Shown here one piece after another: positions 22,419 through 33,571 of a stretch of DNA of 64,000 nt. The translations under genes were made by a program, and so were the position numbers. The notes below the pieces were generated by a model, which was given only the letters and a program-made list of their open reading frames with translations, did no database searches and was not told the DNA's origin. Source of the stretch: an uncultured Verrucomicrobiae bacterium (GTDB taxonomy: Bacteria; Verrucomicrobiota; Verrucomicrobiia; Limisphaerales; UBA11358); assembly GCA_963738175.1 (NCBI GenBank), contig CAVTVI010000006.1:263493-327492 (forward strand), written 5' to 3'. Every line of letters begins with the position of its first letter. Positions within the stretch are counted from its first letter, which is position 1.

Positions 22419-22490
22419 ATTTGCGACGCTAACCAATTTTTCCAAATTGTCCAGACGCTTTGATTTGACGATTCGGCGCGCGGCTGTTAA

Positions 22491-24112
<1,622 letters not shown>

Positions 24113-24164
24113 CGAATGAAATTGACGGGTGCGACGGCGGTTTGTAGATTACGCGCCCGTTTGA

Positions 24165-24239
24165 TTCCAGAGTAGCTCAATGGTAGAGCACGCGGCTGTT
24201 AACCGTGTGGTTGTAGGTTCGAGTCCTACCTCTGGAGCC
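24165..24239 (+). tRNA. tRNA-Asn (anticodon GTT)
   Basis: Acceptor TCCAGAG/CTCTGGA, D-arm AGCTCAATGGTAGAGC, anticodon loop CTGTTAA, T-arm GGTTCGAGTCC, encoded CCA. Confidence 0.9.
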
Positions 24240-24285
24240 AATCTGTACCATAGAAAGAACCTCGTTTCTGCGATTTCCCCAAATC

Positions 24286-25185
24286 CTAGCTGAACCGCAC
24301 GGTCTCATTGCCATCGAGACGTTTGGACAAATCAATGGGATCACCCACGGAAACTTCCTGCGGATTCACCTGATAGGCCCAGACCTGAAAATGAGTCAGG
24401 TTGGCTTCGCCGTAGATGGTTGCGAATGCGCCGTCCACGGCGTCCGCACCGTGCGCGACTTTGACGCGACCGATGCGCGGGACATTGAAACGCGGATCAA
24501 ATGTCAGCCATTCCTGTCCGAGATAAACTTCGCAGTAGGCGTGAAAATCCATCGGCGTGCCGGGATCAATGTAACCGATGTCCGGCAAGTGTCCGGTGAC
24601 ATAGCGCGCGGGCAGATTGAAGGCGCGGCACAGCGCAATCGCCGCGTGCGCGAAATCGCGGCAGACGCCGTGACGCCGCGCGATCACTTCCGAGGCGGAA
24701 AGATCGGGCCGGCCAGAACCGAAGCGGTATTCGATGTTGTTGTGAACCCAGTCGCAGATGGCCTGTACGCGCGGAAGGCCGTGAGGAATCTGGCCGAAAT
24801 TATTCCACGCAAAATTCATCAGCTTGTCCGAATCGCAATAACGGCTCGGCAACGTGTAGCGCAACAATTCATGCGGCAGTTGTCCCACCGGCACGATGTT
24901 GCCAATGATCTCGCGATTGTCGGGCAGCGAAGAAACGGCGACGAGCGCGTCGTGACGGATTTCATTCCGCCCCGGCATGAACGTGGAGCGATAGGTGATG
25001 TTGCCGTGGCTGTCCTGAAATTCATACGACGGCAGGCCGATGCCGAATGAAAGTTTTTCCTGCATCACCAGCACCCGGCCTTCAAGCCGCGGCTTGAGCA
25101 CGAATAATACGGGCGTCGGCACGGTGGTTTCGTAGGCGAGGTTGCAGCCCACGCGGACGGTAAGGTTCAGCGGAGTCCAAGTCAT
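24286..25185 (-). CDS. transglutaminase-like cysteine protease family protein
   Basis: GVCRDFAHAAIALCRAFNLPARYVTG ... DFHAYCEVYL..WLTFDPR (Cys-His-Asp core). Confidence 0.8.
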   Translation of the reverse strand: MTWTPLNLTVRVGCNLAYETTVPTPVLFVLKPRLEGRVLVMQEKLSFGIGLPSYEFQDSHGNITYRSTFMPGRNEIRHDALVAVSSLPDNREIIGNIVPVGQLPHELLRYTLPSRYCDSDKLMNFAWNNFGQIPHGLPRVQAICDWVHNNIEYRFGSGRPDLSASEVIARRHGVCRDFAHAAIALCRAFNLPARYVTGHLPDIGYIDPGTPMDFHAYCEVYLGQEWLTFDPRFNVPRIGRVKVAHGADAVDGAFATIYGEANLTHFQVWAYQVNPQEVSVGDPIDLSKRLDGNETVRFS

Positions 25186-25230
25186 AGGTCAGCACGGCTT
25201 GCAACTTTTGACATTAAAAAATGATGCGGC

Positions 25231-25623
25231 TTATTTGTCGCGCTTCAGGCTGGCCTGGCGCATTTGGTCATGCTCCGCTTCGGCGACACCTTCTTCGACG
25301 AGCCTTTCATTGTCGCTTCGCCCTTCGTCGTCCTCGTCTTCGCCGGCGGCCACCGGCACTTGGTGTCCGGTCGAGCCGGGCAACGGATTCCAGCGTTCGG
25401 ATTCGGGCGCGGATTCGAGAATCATTTCTTTTGGGAACGTTTCCGGTTTGCCCGTCAACTCCCGTTTGGCCTGTTCCCAATCGGATTTCGACACTTCCTG
25501 CGCGGAACGTCCGTTGATAACGGCCAGTTCAACCGCGCGCTCCCGCACCATTTTGCGCGTCACCGTGCCGATGCCGATGGAGTTCTCGGTCAAAATGCCT
25601 TCCTTCAATGGGTTTGTTTTCAT
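25231..25623 (-). CDS. hypothetical protein, DUF2934-like N-terminal segment with an acidic tail
   Basis: 130-aa ORF; VRERAVELAVINGRSAQEVSKSDWEQAKRELTG. Confidence 0.5.
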   Translation of the reverse strand: MKTNPLKEGILTENSIGIGTVTRKMVRERAVELAVINGRSAQEVSKSDWEQAKRELTGKPETFPKEMILESAPESERWNPLPGSTGHQVPVAAGEDEDDEGRSDNERLVEEGVAEAEHDQMRQASLKRDK

Positions 25624-25850
25624 GGGTTAAAAATCAGCGTGCGTGCGAAAGTGTCCCCGCGTTTTGCGCGGTTTTCATTTCGCGCGTGCCGCGATTTTCC
25701 CTTGTGTCGCGGGATTTGGAAAAAATATTGTCGCGCTTTTCCGGTTTTGCCGCAGCCGCATCGGGCTTGGACCACGACCGGTGGAATGTCTGGGCGAAAA
25801 CCGGCGTTTGCCTTATGACTGCAATTTTTTGAGGCGATGATTTCATGGTT

Positions 25851-26372
25851 TTATTTCGCCGCCTGGGAATGGGCTTCGACGAACCACAGCCATTTGTCTA
25901 TGCCGCGCGAAACTTCGGTGAACAAATCCGCCGTGTCGGCGTCGTCCAGCGCGTTCGCCTCGTCAATCGTCGCGCGCGCTTCCTGTCCAAAAGTGGAAAG
26001 CGCCCGCGCCACGGCTTCGACATGCGCCATGCCTTCCGCGATTTGCAGCGGATACTCGGCGAGCCGCGTGCGCGACGCGGCCACGCGCACCGTGCCTTCG
26101 GCGATGCCGCCGAGCTGTACGATACGTTCGGCGATTTTATCCACATAATCTTCCACGGCTTCGTCCACCTTGTCGAACAGTTCGTGCAGGCCGATGAAGC
26201 TCGGGCCTTTCACATTCCAATGCGCCTGCTTCATCTGCGATTGCAGGTCCACGGCGGACGCCAGCCGCTGGTTCATCAGCGCGTTCAGTTCCAGACGATT
26301 TTTCAGCAAAATGTCGTTTTCAGTTTCATACATTTGCGGTGCTTCCTTGAAAGTAGCTTTGGATTTTTTCAT
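25851..26372 (-). CDS. dps: Dps family DNA-protection/ferritin-like protein
   Basis: LQSQMKQAHWNVKGPSFIGLHELFDKVDEAVEDYVDKIAERIVQLGG; ATG at 26372. Confidence 0.9.
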   Translation of the reverse strand: MKKSKATFKEAPQMYETENDILLKNRLELNALMNQRLASAVDLQSQMKQAHWNVKGPSFIGLHELFDKVDEAVEDYVDKIAERIVQLGGIAEGTVRVAASRTRLAEYPLQIAEGMAHVEAVARALSTFGQEARATIDEANALDDADTADLFTEVSRGIDKWLWFVEAHSQAAK

Positions 26373-26404
26373 AAATAAATTTTGATGGTTGTTTGAAATT
26401 TGTT

Positions 26405-26653
26405 TCAGGTCTTGTTGTGAAAGCCGTGGACGCGAGTGCGGTTGCGTTCCGCGAGCAAGTGCGCCTCGGCCTCCAGCCAATGCTGCACCTCGTGTCCCGG
26501 TCGCGAGCCCTGATTCACATAGCTGAAGTAGGCTTTTCTGGCCACTTCATCCGGTGACGGCGCAAAATCAATTTCGTTCTGGCTCAAGCCGGCGATGGCG
26601 GGCGCTGAAGTGCCGGCAGTTTTTTGATTTTGGGGATATTTATTTTGTTTCAT
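26405..26653 (-). CDS. DUF2934 family protein
   Basis: VARKAYFSYVNQGSRPGHEVQHWLEAEAHLL; ATG at 26653. Confidence 0.7.
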   Translation of the reverse strand: MKQNKYPQNQKTAGTSAPAIAGLSQNEIDFAPSPDEVARKAYFSYVNQGSRPGHEVQHWLEAEAHLLAERNRTRVHGFHNKT

Positions 26654-26684
26654 AAATTGAGAATAGCCTCGTCTGCGGCGCATT

Positions 26685-26706
26685 CGCCATGGGGTCTTCA
26701 CCCCAT
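26685..26706 (-). promoter_or_regulatory. stress-block palindromic box, copy 1
   Basis: Gene-sense sequence ATGGGGTGAAGACCCCATGGCG, 31 nt upstream of the DUF2934 ATG (DUF2934-dps unit). Confidence 0.6.
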
Positions 26707-26734
26707 TCGACAAAATTTCTAACTTCAGTCCGGT

Positions 26735-27775
26735 CTACTGGTTCGTCAGGATGACCTTCAAGGCGCGTTCCCGTCCGGCATTGCCGAAGGTGTCGTAGGC
26801 TTTTAGAATTTCATCGAGCGTGAAGTGATGCGTGATGAGTTGCGTCGGCTTGAGTTTCCCGGCCATGACCGTCTTGAGCAGCAACGGCGTGGTCACCGCG
26901 TCAACTAGCCGCGTCGTGATGGTCACGTTTTGCGACCAAAGTTTTTCGAGATGCAAGGTCACGCCTGCACCATGCACGCCGATGTTGGCAATATGGCCGC
27001 CCACGCCGATGATTTCCTGGCAGATGCCGAATGTCGCGGCCATACCGACTGCTTCGATGGCGACATCCACGCCTTTGCCGGAAGTCATGGCCATTACTTT
27101 TTCGACGGCCTTGCCATCGGTGCTATTGACCACCGCAGTCGCACCGAATTTTTTTGCGACCGCAAGCCGGTTATCATCGAGATCAATGACGATGATGCTT
27201 GCCGGAGCATAAAATTGCGTCGTCAGCAGCGCCGACAAACCGACGGGTCCGGCACCAATGATGGCCACCGTGTCGCCCGGTTTGACACAACCGTTTAGCA
27301 CGCCGCACTCGTAGCCAGTCGGCAAAATGTCGCTAAGCATAACCATCGCGTCGTCGTCCGCGCCCTCGGGAATGGGATAAAGACTGTTGTCCGCAAAAGG
27401 AATCCGGACGAACTCGGCCTGCGTTCCGTCAATCGTGTAGCCAAGGATCCAGCCGCCATGCTCGCAGTGGCCGGGCATGCCGCGCTTGCAATACTCGCAG
27501 GTGGCGCACGAAGTGATGCAGGAGATCATCACGCGGTCGCCCTTGCGAAAGCGGCTGACGCCAGTGCCGGCTTCTTCGATGATCCCGATTCCTTCATGGC
27601 CCAAAATACGGCCGTCAGTGACGACAGGCATGTCTCCTTTGAGAATGTGCAGGTCGGTTCCGCAAATGGTGGTCTTGGTCATCCGTACGATGGCGTCGGT
27701 CGCGTCGCGCAACGCGGGCTTGGGCATTTCTTCCAACTGCTTTTTTCCGGGGCCGTGATAAACGAGAGCTTTCAT
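26735..27775 (-). CDS. zinc-dependent alcohol dehydrogenase family oxidoreductase
   Basis: GHEGIGIIEEAG, structural Zn Cys cluster CTSCATCEYCKRG, Rossmann GAGPVGL. Confidence 0.88.
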   Translation of the reverse strand: MKALVYHGPGKKQLEEMPKPALRDATDAIVRMTKTTICGTDLHILKGDMPVVTDGRILGHEGIGIIEEAGTGVSRFRKGDRVMISCITSCATCEYCKRGMPGHCEHGGWILGYTIDGTQAEFVRIPFADNSLYPIPEGADDDAMVMLSDILPTGYECGVLNGCVKPGDTVAIIGAGPVGLSALLTTQFYAPASIIVIDLDDNRLAVAKKFGATAVVNSTDGKAVEKVMAMTSGKGVDVAIEAVGMAATFGICQEIIGVGGHIANIGVHGAGVTLHLEKLWSQNVTITTRLVDAVTTPLLLKTVMAGKLKPTQLITHHFTLDEILKAYDTFGNAGRERALKVILTNQ

Positions 27776-27793
27776 AAAAATGTGGCGGCAAGG

Positions 27794-28507
27794 TCAATCA
27801 ACTGCGGCGAACGAAGTCGTCTGGTGCGCGGGACTTTGCTCGATGGCTTCCTTGGTCAAATTGACGAACACCGTCGAGTCTTCGTAACTGATCCGCGCAA
27901 CTTTGCCCGCCGGGATCAGCACTTCTTTGCCGGAAAACCGGTGGCCGGTTTTGACGACGAGCCGACCAATCGCCCAGCTCTTGTCGTCCATCATGAAATC
28001 ACAGACGTGGCCGACAATTCCGTCGCTGGCCTTGACATGGTAGCCATTCACCACCCGCGTACTGCGCAGGTGCGCGTCGGCGGTTGCCCGCTTCGGATCC
28101 ATCGCCGACGCCTGTTCACTCAACAGTGGTTTTGCGGGCAATTCGAGGATTGGAAAACCGCTCATGCCCCACAAGCCATCGCCCTGCCAGTAGTAGGGCC
28201 AGCCGTAATAGCGGTAATATTCCTCTTCATACTGGCGCGACACCGGTTTGTGCCACTCGATCGGAGGACTATCCTCAATCTGTTTGCGGGTCAGGTTCAC
28301 GCGCAGGACTTTCCCGGCCTGATTGAGACTGCCGAAGGCATGAGGCGAGAGCAGCACCTGACGGCTCGTCAACCAGGTTCCCGTGTCGGCAACCAGATAA
28401 CGCACCGCCCAGCTCTGATCGTCGAAATAAAAATCTTTCACCTGCCCGATTTCACCATCCGACGCGCCGAGCTTGTCCCCGTATAATTTCTTGATGCTGC
28501 GCAACAT
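27794..28507 (-). CDS. PRC-barrel domain protein (two PRC-like segments)
   Basis: GDKLGASDGEIGQVKDFYFDDQSWAVRYLV and VKASDGIVGHVCDFMMDDKSWAIGRLV; ATG at 28507. Confidence 0.7.
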   Translation of the reverse strand: MLRSIKKLYGDKLGASDGEIGQVKDFYFDDQSWAVRYLVADTGTWLTSRQVLLSPHAFGSLNQAGKVLRVNLTRKQIEDSPPIEWHKPVSRQYEEEYYRYYGWPYYWQGDGLWGMSGFPILELPAKPLLSEQASAMDPKRATADAHLRSTRVVNGYHVKASDGIVGHVCDFMMDDKSWAIGRLVVKTGHRFSGKEVLIPAGKVARISYEDSTVFVNLTKEAIEQSPAHQTTSFAAVD

Positions 28508-28526
28508 AAATTTCAGGTTCGCCTGA

Positions 28527-28961
28527 TTATTTTCCGTTGTTTTGCCCGTGCTGGTCATCCTTTTGATTTTTCTTCTGGCCTTCATTCGAGCCGGATGGCT
28601 TCCAATTTTTCGGATACTTCTGGACCACCGCCGCATGGTGGTTTGCCGGGGAGTCGTGGAAATCCATCTTTACGGACGGGGAAGCCATCAGCACATTCAC
28701 CGTGACACCGCGTGGCGCCGGTCGTGCCACCCAGTCGTTGCCTTCCCGGTAGGCGTATTGGTGCCGGCTCACGCTGTAATAACATTCATACTGGGGGTAA
28801 TAAACGTAATCATCTTGCGCGGCGAACGCATAAGCATCCACTTGGACCCCGGCGCGCGGCCCGTCCACATAACCCACGCATCCGGTCAGCGTCACCAGAA
28901 GCACGGCGGCGAGCGTGAAAACAACCTTGCTGGTTTTGAAGAAAAGTTTTTTATAAATCAT
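28527..28961 (-). CDS. small secreted/lipoprotein, unknown family (paralog of 45854..46288)
   Basis: Signal/lipobox LVTLTGC. Shares the core DDYVYYPxY..YY.S.RHQYAY..G..WV..P.P.GV.V.VL.ASPSV.MD.HDSP..HHA...QKYP.NW.P.G with the paralog. Confidence 0.65.
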   Translation of the reverse strand: MIYKKLFFKTSKVVFTLAAVLLVTLTGCVGYVDGPRAGVQVDAYAFAAQDDYVYYPQYECYYSVSRHQYAYREGNDWVARPAPRGVTVNVLMASPSVKMDFHDSPANHHAAVVQKYPKNWKPSGSNEGQKKNQKDDQHGQNNGK

Positions 28962-28992
28962 CGGACGAAAATAATCGAACGAGACATCGGTG

Positions 28993-29014
28993 CGCCATGG
29001 GGTGTAACCCTACC
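28993..29014 (-). promoter_or_regulatory. stress-block palindromic box, copy 2
   Basis: GGTAGGGTTACACCCCATGGCG, 31 nt upstream of ATG 28961. Confidence 0.6.
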
Positions 29015-29059
29015 GCAAATTTTGCGAATTTATTTCCGTCCCGGTTGAGGCGCTGCAAC

Positions 29060-30529
29060 TCACTCCATCGCCGCCAGCAGTTCATCCAGCAAAACGGTGG
29101 CGAAGCTCGTGGCCGAATCACTCATCGCGTAGGGGATGATGAGTTCACGTCCATGCAGCAGCGCGCCGCAAGTGTAGACGACGTTTGGAACATAACCTTC
29201 GCGCTCCGCTTCGTTGGGGCAAAGGAATGGTTCGCGCAAACGTTTGATGACGCGCGCCGGATCGTTCAGGTCGAGCAGGAACGCGCCGAGGCAATACCTC
29301 CGCATCGCGCCGACGCCGTGGCTCAACACCAGCCAACCCGCTTCCGTTTCAATCGGCGAGCCGCAGTTGCCCAGCTTGATGAACTCCCACGGTTGCGCGG
29401 GAGATTGCAACACTTTTGGCTCCGCCCAAAAATGAATATTGTCCGAAAACATGATCAAAATGTTCTCGTCGTCCTGCCGCGAAAGCATGAAATACTTCCC
29501 ATTGATCTTGCGCGGGAACAACGCCATGCCTTTGTTCTGCACGGCGGGGCCGTTCAACGTGCGGAATTTGAAATTTACAAAGTCCGGCGTCTCCAGCAAT
29601 TGCGGCAGCGTGATTTTTCCGTCATAAGCGGTGTAGGTCGCGAAGTAAGTGAAGCTGCCGTCGTCGTTTTGGAAACGGACGAAGCGCGCGTCCTCGATGC
29701 CGTTGCTCTGGCTGGGCGCGGACGGAAAAAGCACGCGTTGAGAAATTTTGCTATCGGGCGCGAAGTGGACTTCGTAATTCGATTCCGCCAGCAGCAAAAT
29801 TCCGCGCGCGGCGTGGCTCGCCGTGGCGTCGGACGTGTCTTCCGTCAGACCTGACGCAAATAGAACCGCGTGCAATTCCTTCAGCGTAAAACCTTCGTGC
29901 AGCTTGTCCAGCACGCGTCGGCAAAAATCATTTTGCACGCCCGCCTCTTCAAGTTTGTGCGCGAACAATCCCTTGTCGTAGGCGGCATTCGGCACGCGCT
30001 CCGGCTCCATCACGAACGGCACGGGCGGCGTGAGCGTGATGCGATGTTGCGCGCTGACGACGCCGACGCGAAAGGTGATCGAGGAAATGTGCCCCTCGCC
30101 CGTCGCGCGCAAACTCAAGACGAAACGCAGCGCGCCCTTGGGCAATCCGCTTTGGTCGGGATGCGGCACGATGGACGGATTGAACAGCGCCGCCGATTCC
30201 GGCGAATACTCGTGCGTGAAATATGCGCCGATGAGCATCTGTCGTTCGGGCGACGGTGTCGCGCCGGGTTCGAGGTAAATGTTCACCTGCCCGAAGCGTT
30301 CGCGAAAAATTTCCTCGACGTGTTCGTGCCGGTTCGCAAATTCACCGAGCACCTGCGCCAGCAATTTGGCGACTTCTTCTTCCGGCAAGGCCATGACTCG
30401 CGCAACGATGTGCCGCGAAATGTCATCCGTGGTCGGACGAAACGGGCGCAACAGCACGCGCGAACGATCCGGCGTCAGCGTCGGCCCGATGCGTTTGGCG
30501 TGGAGAGTTGTATTTTTCAAAACAGGCAA
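29060..30529 (-). CDS. GH130-family glycosidase/beta-mannoside phosphorylase-like protein
   Basis: C-terminal five-bladed-propeller-type region DARFVRF..YFATYTAYDG..MALFPRKINGKYFMLSRQD..GSPIETEAGWLVLSHGVG..YCLGAFLLD..VPNVVYTCG. Confidence 0.7.
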   Translation of the reverse strand: MPVLKNTTLHAKRIGPTLTPDRSRVLLRPFRPTTDDISRHIVARVMALPEEEVAKLLAQVLGEFANRHEHVEEIFRERFGQVNIYLEPGATPSPERQMLIGAYFTHEYSPESAALFNPSIVPHPDQSGLPKGALRFVLSLRATGEGHISSITFRVGVVSAQHRITLTPPVPFVMEPERVPNAAYDKGLFAHKLEEAGVQNDFCRRVLDKLHEGFTLKELHAVLFASGLTEDTSDATASHAARGILLLAESNYEVHFAPDSKISQRVLFPSAPSQSNGIEDARFVRFQNDDGSFTYFATYTAYDGKITLPQLLETPDFVNFKFRTLNGPAVQNKGMALFPRKINGKYFMLSRQDDENILIMFSDNIHFWAEPKVLQSPAQPWEFIKLGNCGSPIETEAGWLVLSHGVGAMRRYCLGAFLLDLNDPARVIKRLREPFLCPNEAEREGYVPNVVYTCGALLHGRELIIPYAMSDSATSFATVLLDELLAAME

Positions 30530-30532
30530 CGG

Positions 30533-32815
30533 CTATTCTGCGGGCGTTTCCTTGAAACTGGTAAGGGTATTTTGCAGCGCCTGCATTTCCGCGAGCGACA
30601 GCAGAAAAGCCAGTGTGGATTCCGCGCCCTGGTTCTGGCTCAACCGGTCCATGTGCAATCCGTCGCGGCAGCCACCGGTGGTGGAGTCGTAGAGCGCAAG
30701 GCCGAGGTCGTTCCGGCCAAGAAACCACTCGAACGCGCGGCGCGCTTCGGCGACCCAAAACATATCACCCGTTGCGTGATACGCCTCGATGCACGCGGAA
30801 ATCGTCACCTGCGCCTCGATGGGTTGCTGGTCGAAAATGGCGCGTTCATAGCCGCGCGGAAAAAATCCGTTCGAGCCGACGGGCCGAAACGAGCCGGCGT
30901 CCGAGGTTTGGATTTTTATCAGCCAGCGCAAAGTTTTCAGGCCGAGTTCCAGCATCGCCGAATTGTTCAGGGAGCGTCCGTTGAGAATCATCGCGTGCGG
31001 CAGCTTGGCGTTCGCATACGAAACGACTTCTTCAAACCAATGCCATTCCTCCGTCGCGGCATCGGCGTGGCGCTGCATGAGCTTGGCCGTGAGCGATTCG
31101 CGGATCTGGTTCGCGCGCCGGTCGCCGCCGAACCGCCGCAGGTATTCGTCAATGCCGATGAGCGTGAACGCCCACGCGCGCGGCGAAGAAAATTCGGCGG
31201 CCACCGGCAGCGCCTGCTCGAAGAGCTGCGCCGCGAGCATCTGAAAACTGCCCTGCCCCGCCTGCGACACGCACAAGCCGAGCGCCCACAGCGCGTGACC
31301 CTGGCAATCTTCCGAGCCGACCTCTTCCAGCCAGCGCCGGTCGAAGCTCATAAAGTTACGAAATCGTCCGCTCTTGCGATCAAAAGCGTGATTGAGAAAC
31401 GCGGCGTAGGTGGCGGCCTTCGCGCCGAGTTGCGGCGAATCGTCACCGAGCTTTTTCAACATCAACGTCAGCGCCAGCGCGCGCGCGTTGTCGTCCGTGC
31501 AATAACCTTCCGCCAAATTCCGCACCGTGAAACTCGCGTGCTGAAACATTCCGGTCGAATCACTCATCCGAAACAGATGATCCAGTTTCATTTCCGGCAA
31601 TTGTCCAGGCTGTTCGTCGAGCGTCTTGATGGGCGAGGATTTTCTGCCGACGAAACTGTGATCCTTTCGCGCCTGCTCAAAAGATTTCGCGTAAAGCTGT
31701 GCGACGCGGCTCCAGATCATTTCACGTCCGAGCTTGTAAGCGTTCTTGCGCATCAAATGGCGCAGCGGTTCGTCGCGCAACAACTCGACGACAGCGACGG
31801 CAATCGCTTTTGCATCGCGGAACGGAACAAGTTTGCCGCGCTCGGCGGTCAATAATTCCGCCGCGTGCCAGTAAGGCGTTGAGACCACGGCGTTGCCCGC
31901 GCCGAATGCATACGCCAGCGTGCCGGACGTGATTTGCGATTCGGTCAGATACGGCGTGAGATAAATGTCCGCCGCGCCGATGAAGCGCATGAGTTCTTCC
32001 AGCTCGACAAAGCGATTGAAGAACACGACGTTTTTTTGCACGCCCAAATCTTTCGCCAGCCGTTCGAGGCTCAACCGATAAGCTTCGCCTTCGTCGCGCA
32101 GCAGATTCGGATGCGTCTGGCCCAGCACGATATAAACGACATTGGGAAATTCCTTGATGATTTCCGGCAAAGCGCGCAACGCAAATTCGATTCCCTTGTT
32201 CGGCGAGAGCAATCCGAACGTGAGCAAAACCTGTTTGCCAGCCACGCCGAATTCGTCCTTGAAATAATTTGGATCGGCGAACGGCATGTCGGGAATGCCG
32301 TGCGGGATAAGGTCAATCTTGTTTTCCGGCGCTTGATAAACGTCGCGCAGAAATTCCCGTCCGCGCTCGCTCATCACGACGAGCCGCGTCGAGCGCCGGA
32401 TCAATTCACGCATCACGCGGCTTTGCTCCGCGTTTGGTTCGCGCAAAATCGTGTGCAGCGTGGTGACGATGGGCATATTCAGTTCGCGCAGCAATGCCAG
32501 CACATGACTGCCCGCCGGCCCGCCGTAAATGCCGAACTCATGCTGCACGCAAACCACGTCCACGTCCGTGATGTTCAAAAAATCCGCCGCGCGCAGATAC
32601 GACGGCAAATCCTGCTCCGCGATTTCAAAACGGACTTCCGGCGGATAATCATAGCCTTCAGCAAGATCATTGACCGGCACGACGAGGCATTGCAGTTGCG
32701 GAAATTCCTTCGCCACGGCGCAGCGCAGATCGGTCGTGAACGTGGCGATGCCGCATTTGCGCGGCAGATAATCGCCGAGAAACGCGACCTTGCGGATGTC
32801 CGATGGTTGCTGCAT
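30533..32815 (-). CDS. glycosyltransferase family 4 (GT-B) fused to a C-terminal (alpha/alpha)6-barrel glycosidase-like domain
   Basis: N-terminal GT1/GT4 region (VAFLGDYLPRKCGIATFT, EGEAYRLS, TPYLTESQITSGTLAYAFGAGNAVVSTP) plus a ~370-aa helical-repeat C-terminus; 760 aa. Confidence 0.75.
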   Translation of the reverse strand: MQQPSDIRKVAFLGDYLPRKCGIATFTTDLRCAVAKEFPQLQCLVVPVNDLAEGYDYPPEVRFEIAEQDLPSYLRAADFLNITDVDVVCVQHEFGIYGGPAGSHVLALLRELNMPIVTTLHTILREPNAEQSRVMRELIRRSTRLVVMSERGREFLRDVYQAPENKIDLIPHGIPDMPFADPNYFKDEFGVAGKQVLLTFGLLSPNKGIEFALRALPEIIKEFPNVVYIVLGQTHPNLLRDEGEAYRLSLERLAKDLGVQKNVVFFNRFVELEELMRFIGAADIYLTPYLTESQITSGTLAYAFGAGNAVVSTPYWHAAELLTAERGKLVPFRDAKAIAVAVVELLRDEPLRHLMRKNAYKLGREMIWSRVAQLYAKSFEQARKDHSFVGRKSSPIKTLDEQPGQLPEMKLDHLFRMSDSTGMFQHASFTVRNLAEGYCTDDNARALALTLMLKKLGDDSPQLGAKAATYAAFLNHAFDRKSGRFRNFMSFDRRWLEEVGSEDCQGHALWALGLCVSQAGQGSFQMLAAQLFEQALPVAAEFSSPRAWAFTLIGIDEYLRRFGGDRRANQIRESLTAKLMQRHADAATEEWHWFEEVVSYANAKLPHAMILNGRSLNNSAMLELGLKTLRWLIKIQTSDAGSFRPVGSNGFFPRGYERAIFDQQPIEAQVTISACIEAYHATGDMFWVAEARRAFEWFLGRNDLGLALYDSTTGGCRDGLHMDRLSQNQGAESTLAFLLSLAEMQALQNTLTSFKETPAE

Positions 32816-32866
32816 GAAATTTTTTCGGGCAGCACGGGTGGATTTACCCGCCAGCTTCGCAGTCTT

Positions 32867-33178
32867 TTATTTTTCTTTTTGCCCGCATCGTTGCGGGCGA
32901 AATGCCGACCAGAGCGAGCCGGCCAGTTGCGCGCCTTTTAGAACGGTTTGCAGCCACGAAGGTTTTTCGGCGGCGGGCGCGGATTCTTTTTTGCGCCGGA
33001 AGGACGCAAGGCCGGTGACCAGCGAGACGGCGGATGACGCCAGCGAACCGATGGTCCTGGCCTGGCTTGTCAGCGAATGAACCTCGTCCGAAATTGTCCG
33101 CAATTCCTGGATCAGTTGCACGCGGTTGAGTTCGCTTTCCGCAATCAACAATTTTTTCCGCGAGGCGAGCGGGTTCAT
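32867..33178 (-). CDS. YqjK-like small protein
   Basis: MNPLASRKKLLIAESELNRVQL.. Its start overlaps the upstream stop (ATGA). Position after the YqjD/YqjE-like genes matches the E. coli yqjDEK order. Confidence 0.5.
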   Translation of the reverse strand: MNPLASRKKLLIAESELNRVQLIQELRTISDEVHSLTSQARTIGSLASSAVSLVTGLASFRRKKESAPAAEKPSWLQTVLKGAQLAGSLWSAFRPQRCGQKEK

Positions 33179-33564
33179 GCGAGGATTTTTTCCAGACATT
33201 CACGGTCCTTTCGGAGTTGGTCGAGCGTGGCGAAAAGTGTCTGCCAGTTTCGCAGCAAACCGGTGAGCCGCCGGTAAAGGCAAACCCCGGCTGCTCCGTA
33301 AAGAACAGTCATTGTTAAAAGGATGGCCACGGGTGACCAAGCCCACAGCAAGACCGCGATGGCCGCCGTGAGCGTCAGACCGGCGAGCAGGCCGAACGCC
33401 GCCACACCGAGCGCCAGCAAAAAGGCGTGCAAAAGACGCTCGCGTTCCTCCTGCACTTCCACCGCCAGCAGTTCAAGCCGGTTTTCCCCGATGGTCGCCA
33501 GCCGCCGCGCAAAATGTTTCGAGGTCGCGGCCAGTTGCCCGAAGCTGACGGTGGATTCTTCCAT
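33175..33564 (-). CDS. YqjE-like / DUF1469 ('phage holin family') membrane protein
   Basis: MEESTVSFGQLAATSKHFARRLATIGENRLELLAVEVQEERERLL followed by two TM helices. Confidence 0.65.
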   Translation of the reverse strand: MEESTVSFGQLAATSKHFARRLATIGENRLELLAVEVQEERERLLHAFLLALGVAAFGLLAGLTLTAAIAVLLWAWSPVAILLTMTVLYGAAGVCLYRRLTGLLRNWQTLFATLDQLRKDRECLEKILA

Positions 33565-33571
33565 AACGAAA

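Noticed and set aside
24165-24285. tRNA-Asn as the attachment site of an integrated genomic island covering the stress block.
   Set aside because: I saw no integrase or recombinase gene, no direct repeat of the tRNA 3' end further right, and no mobility genes. The GC content of the block matches the flanks.
32835-32850. CGGGTGGATTTACCCG upstream of the glycosyltransferase gene as a 16th box copy.
   Set aside because: The arm spacing is 6 nt, against 3-5 nt in the 15 copies counted as boxes, and the proximal flank lacks CCCCATGG. I keep it only as a possible decayed or internal copy.
33175-33564. A 'phage holin family' protein plus the nearby lytic transglycosylase as a phage lysis cassette.
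   Set aside because: The holin-like gene lies between DUF883 and YqjK-like genes, exactly like the chromosomal yqjDEK stress operon. The transglycosylase is 6 kb away in a different unit. There are no phage structural genes.
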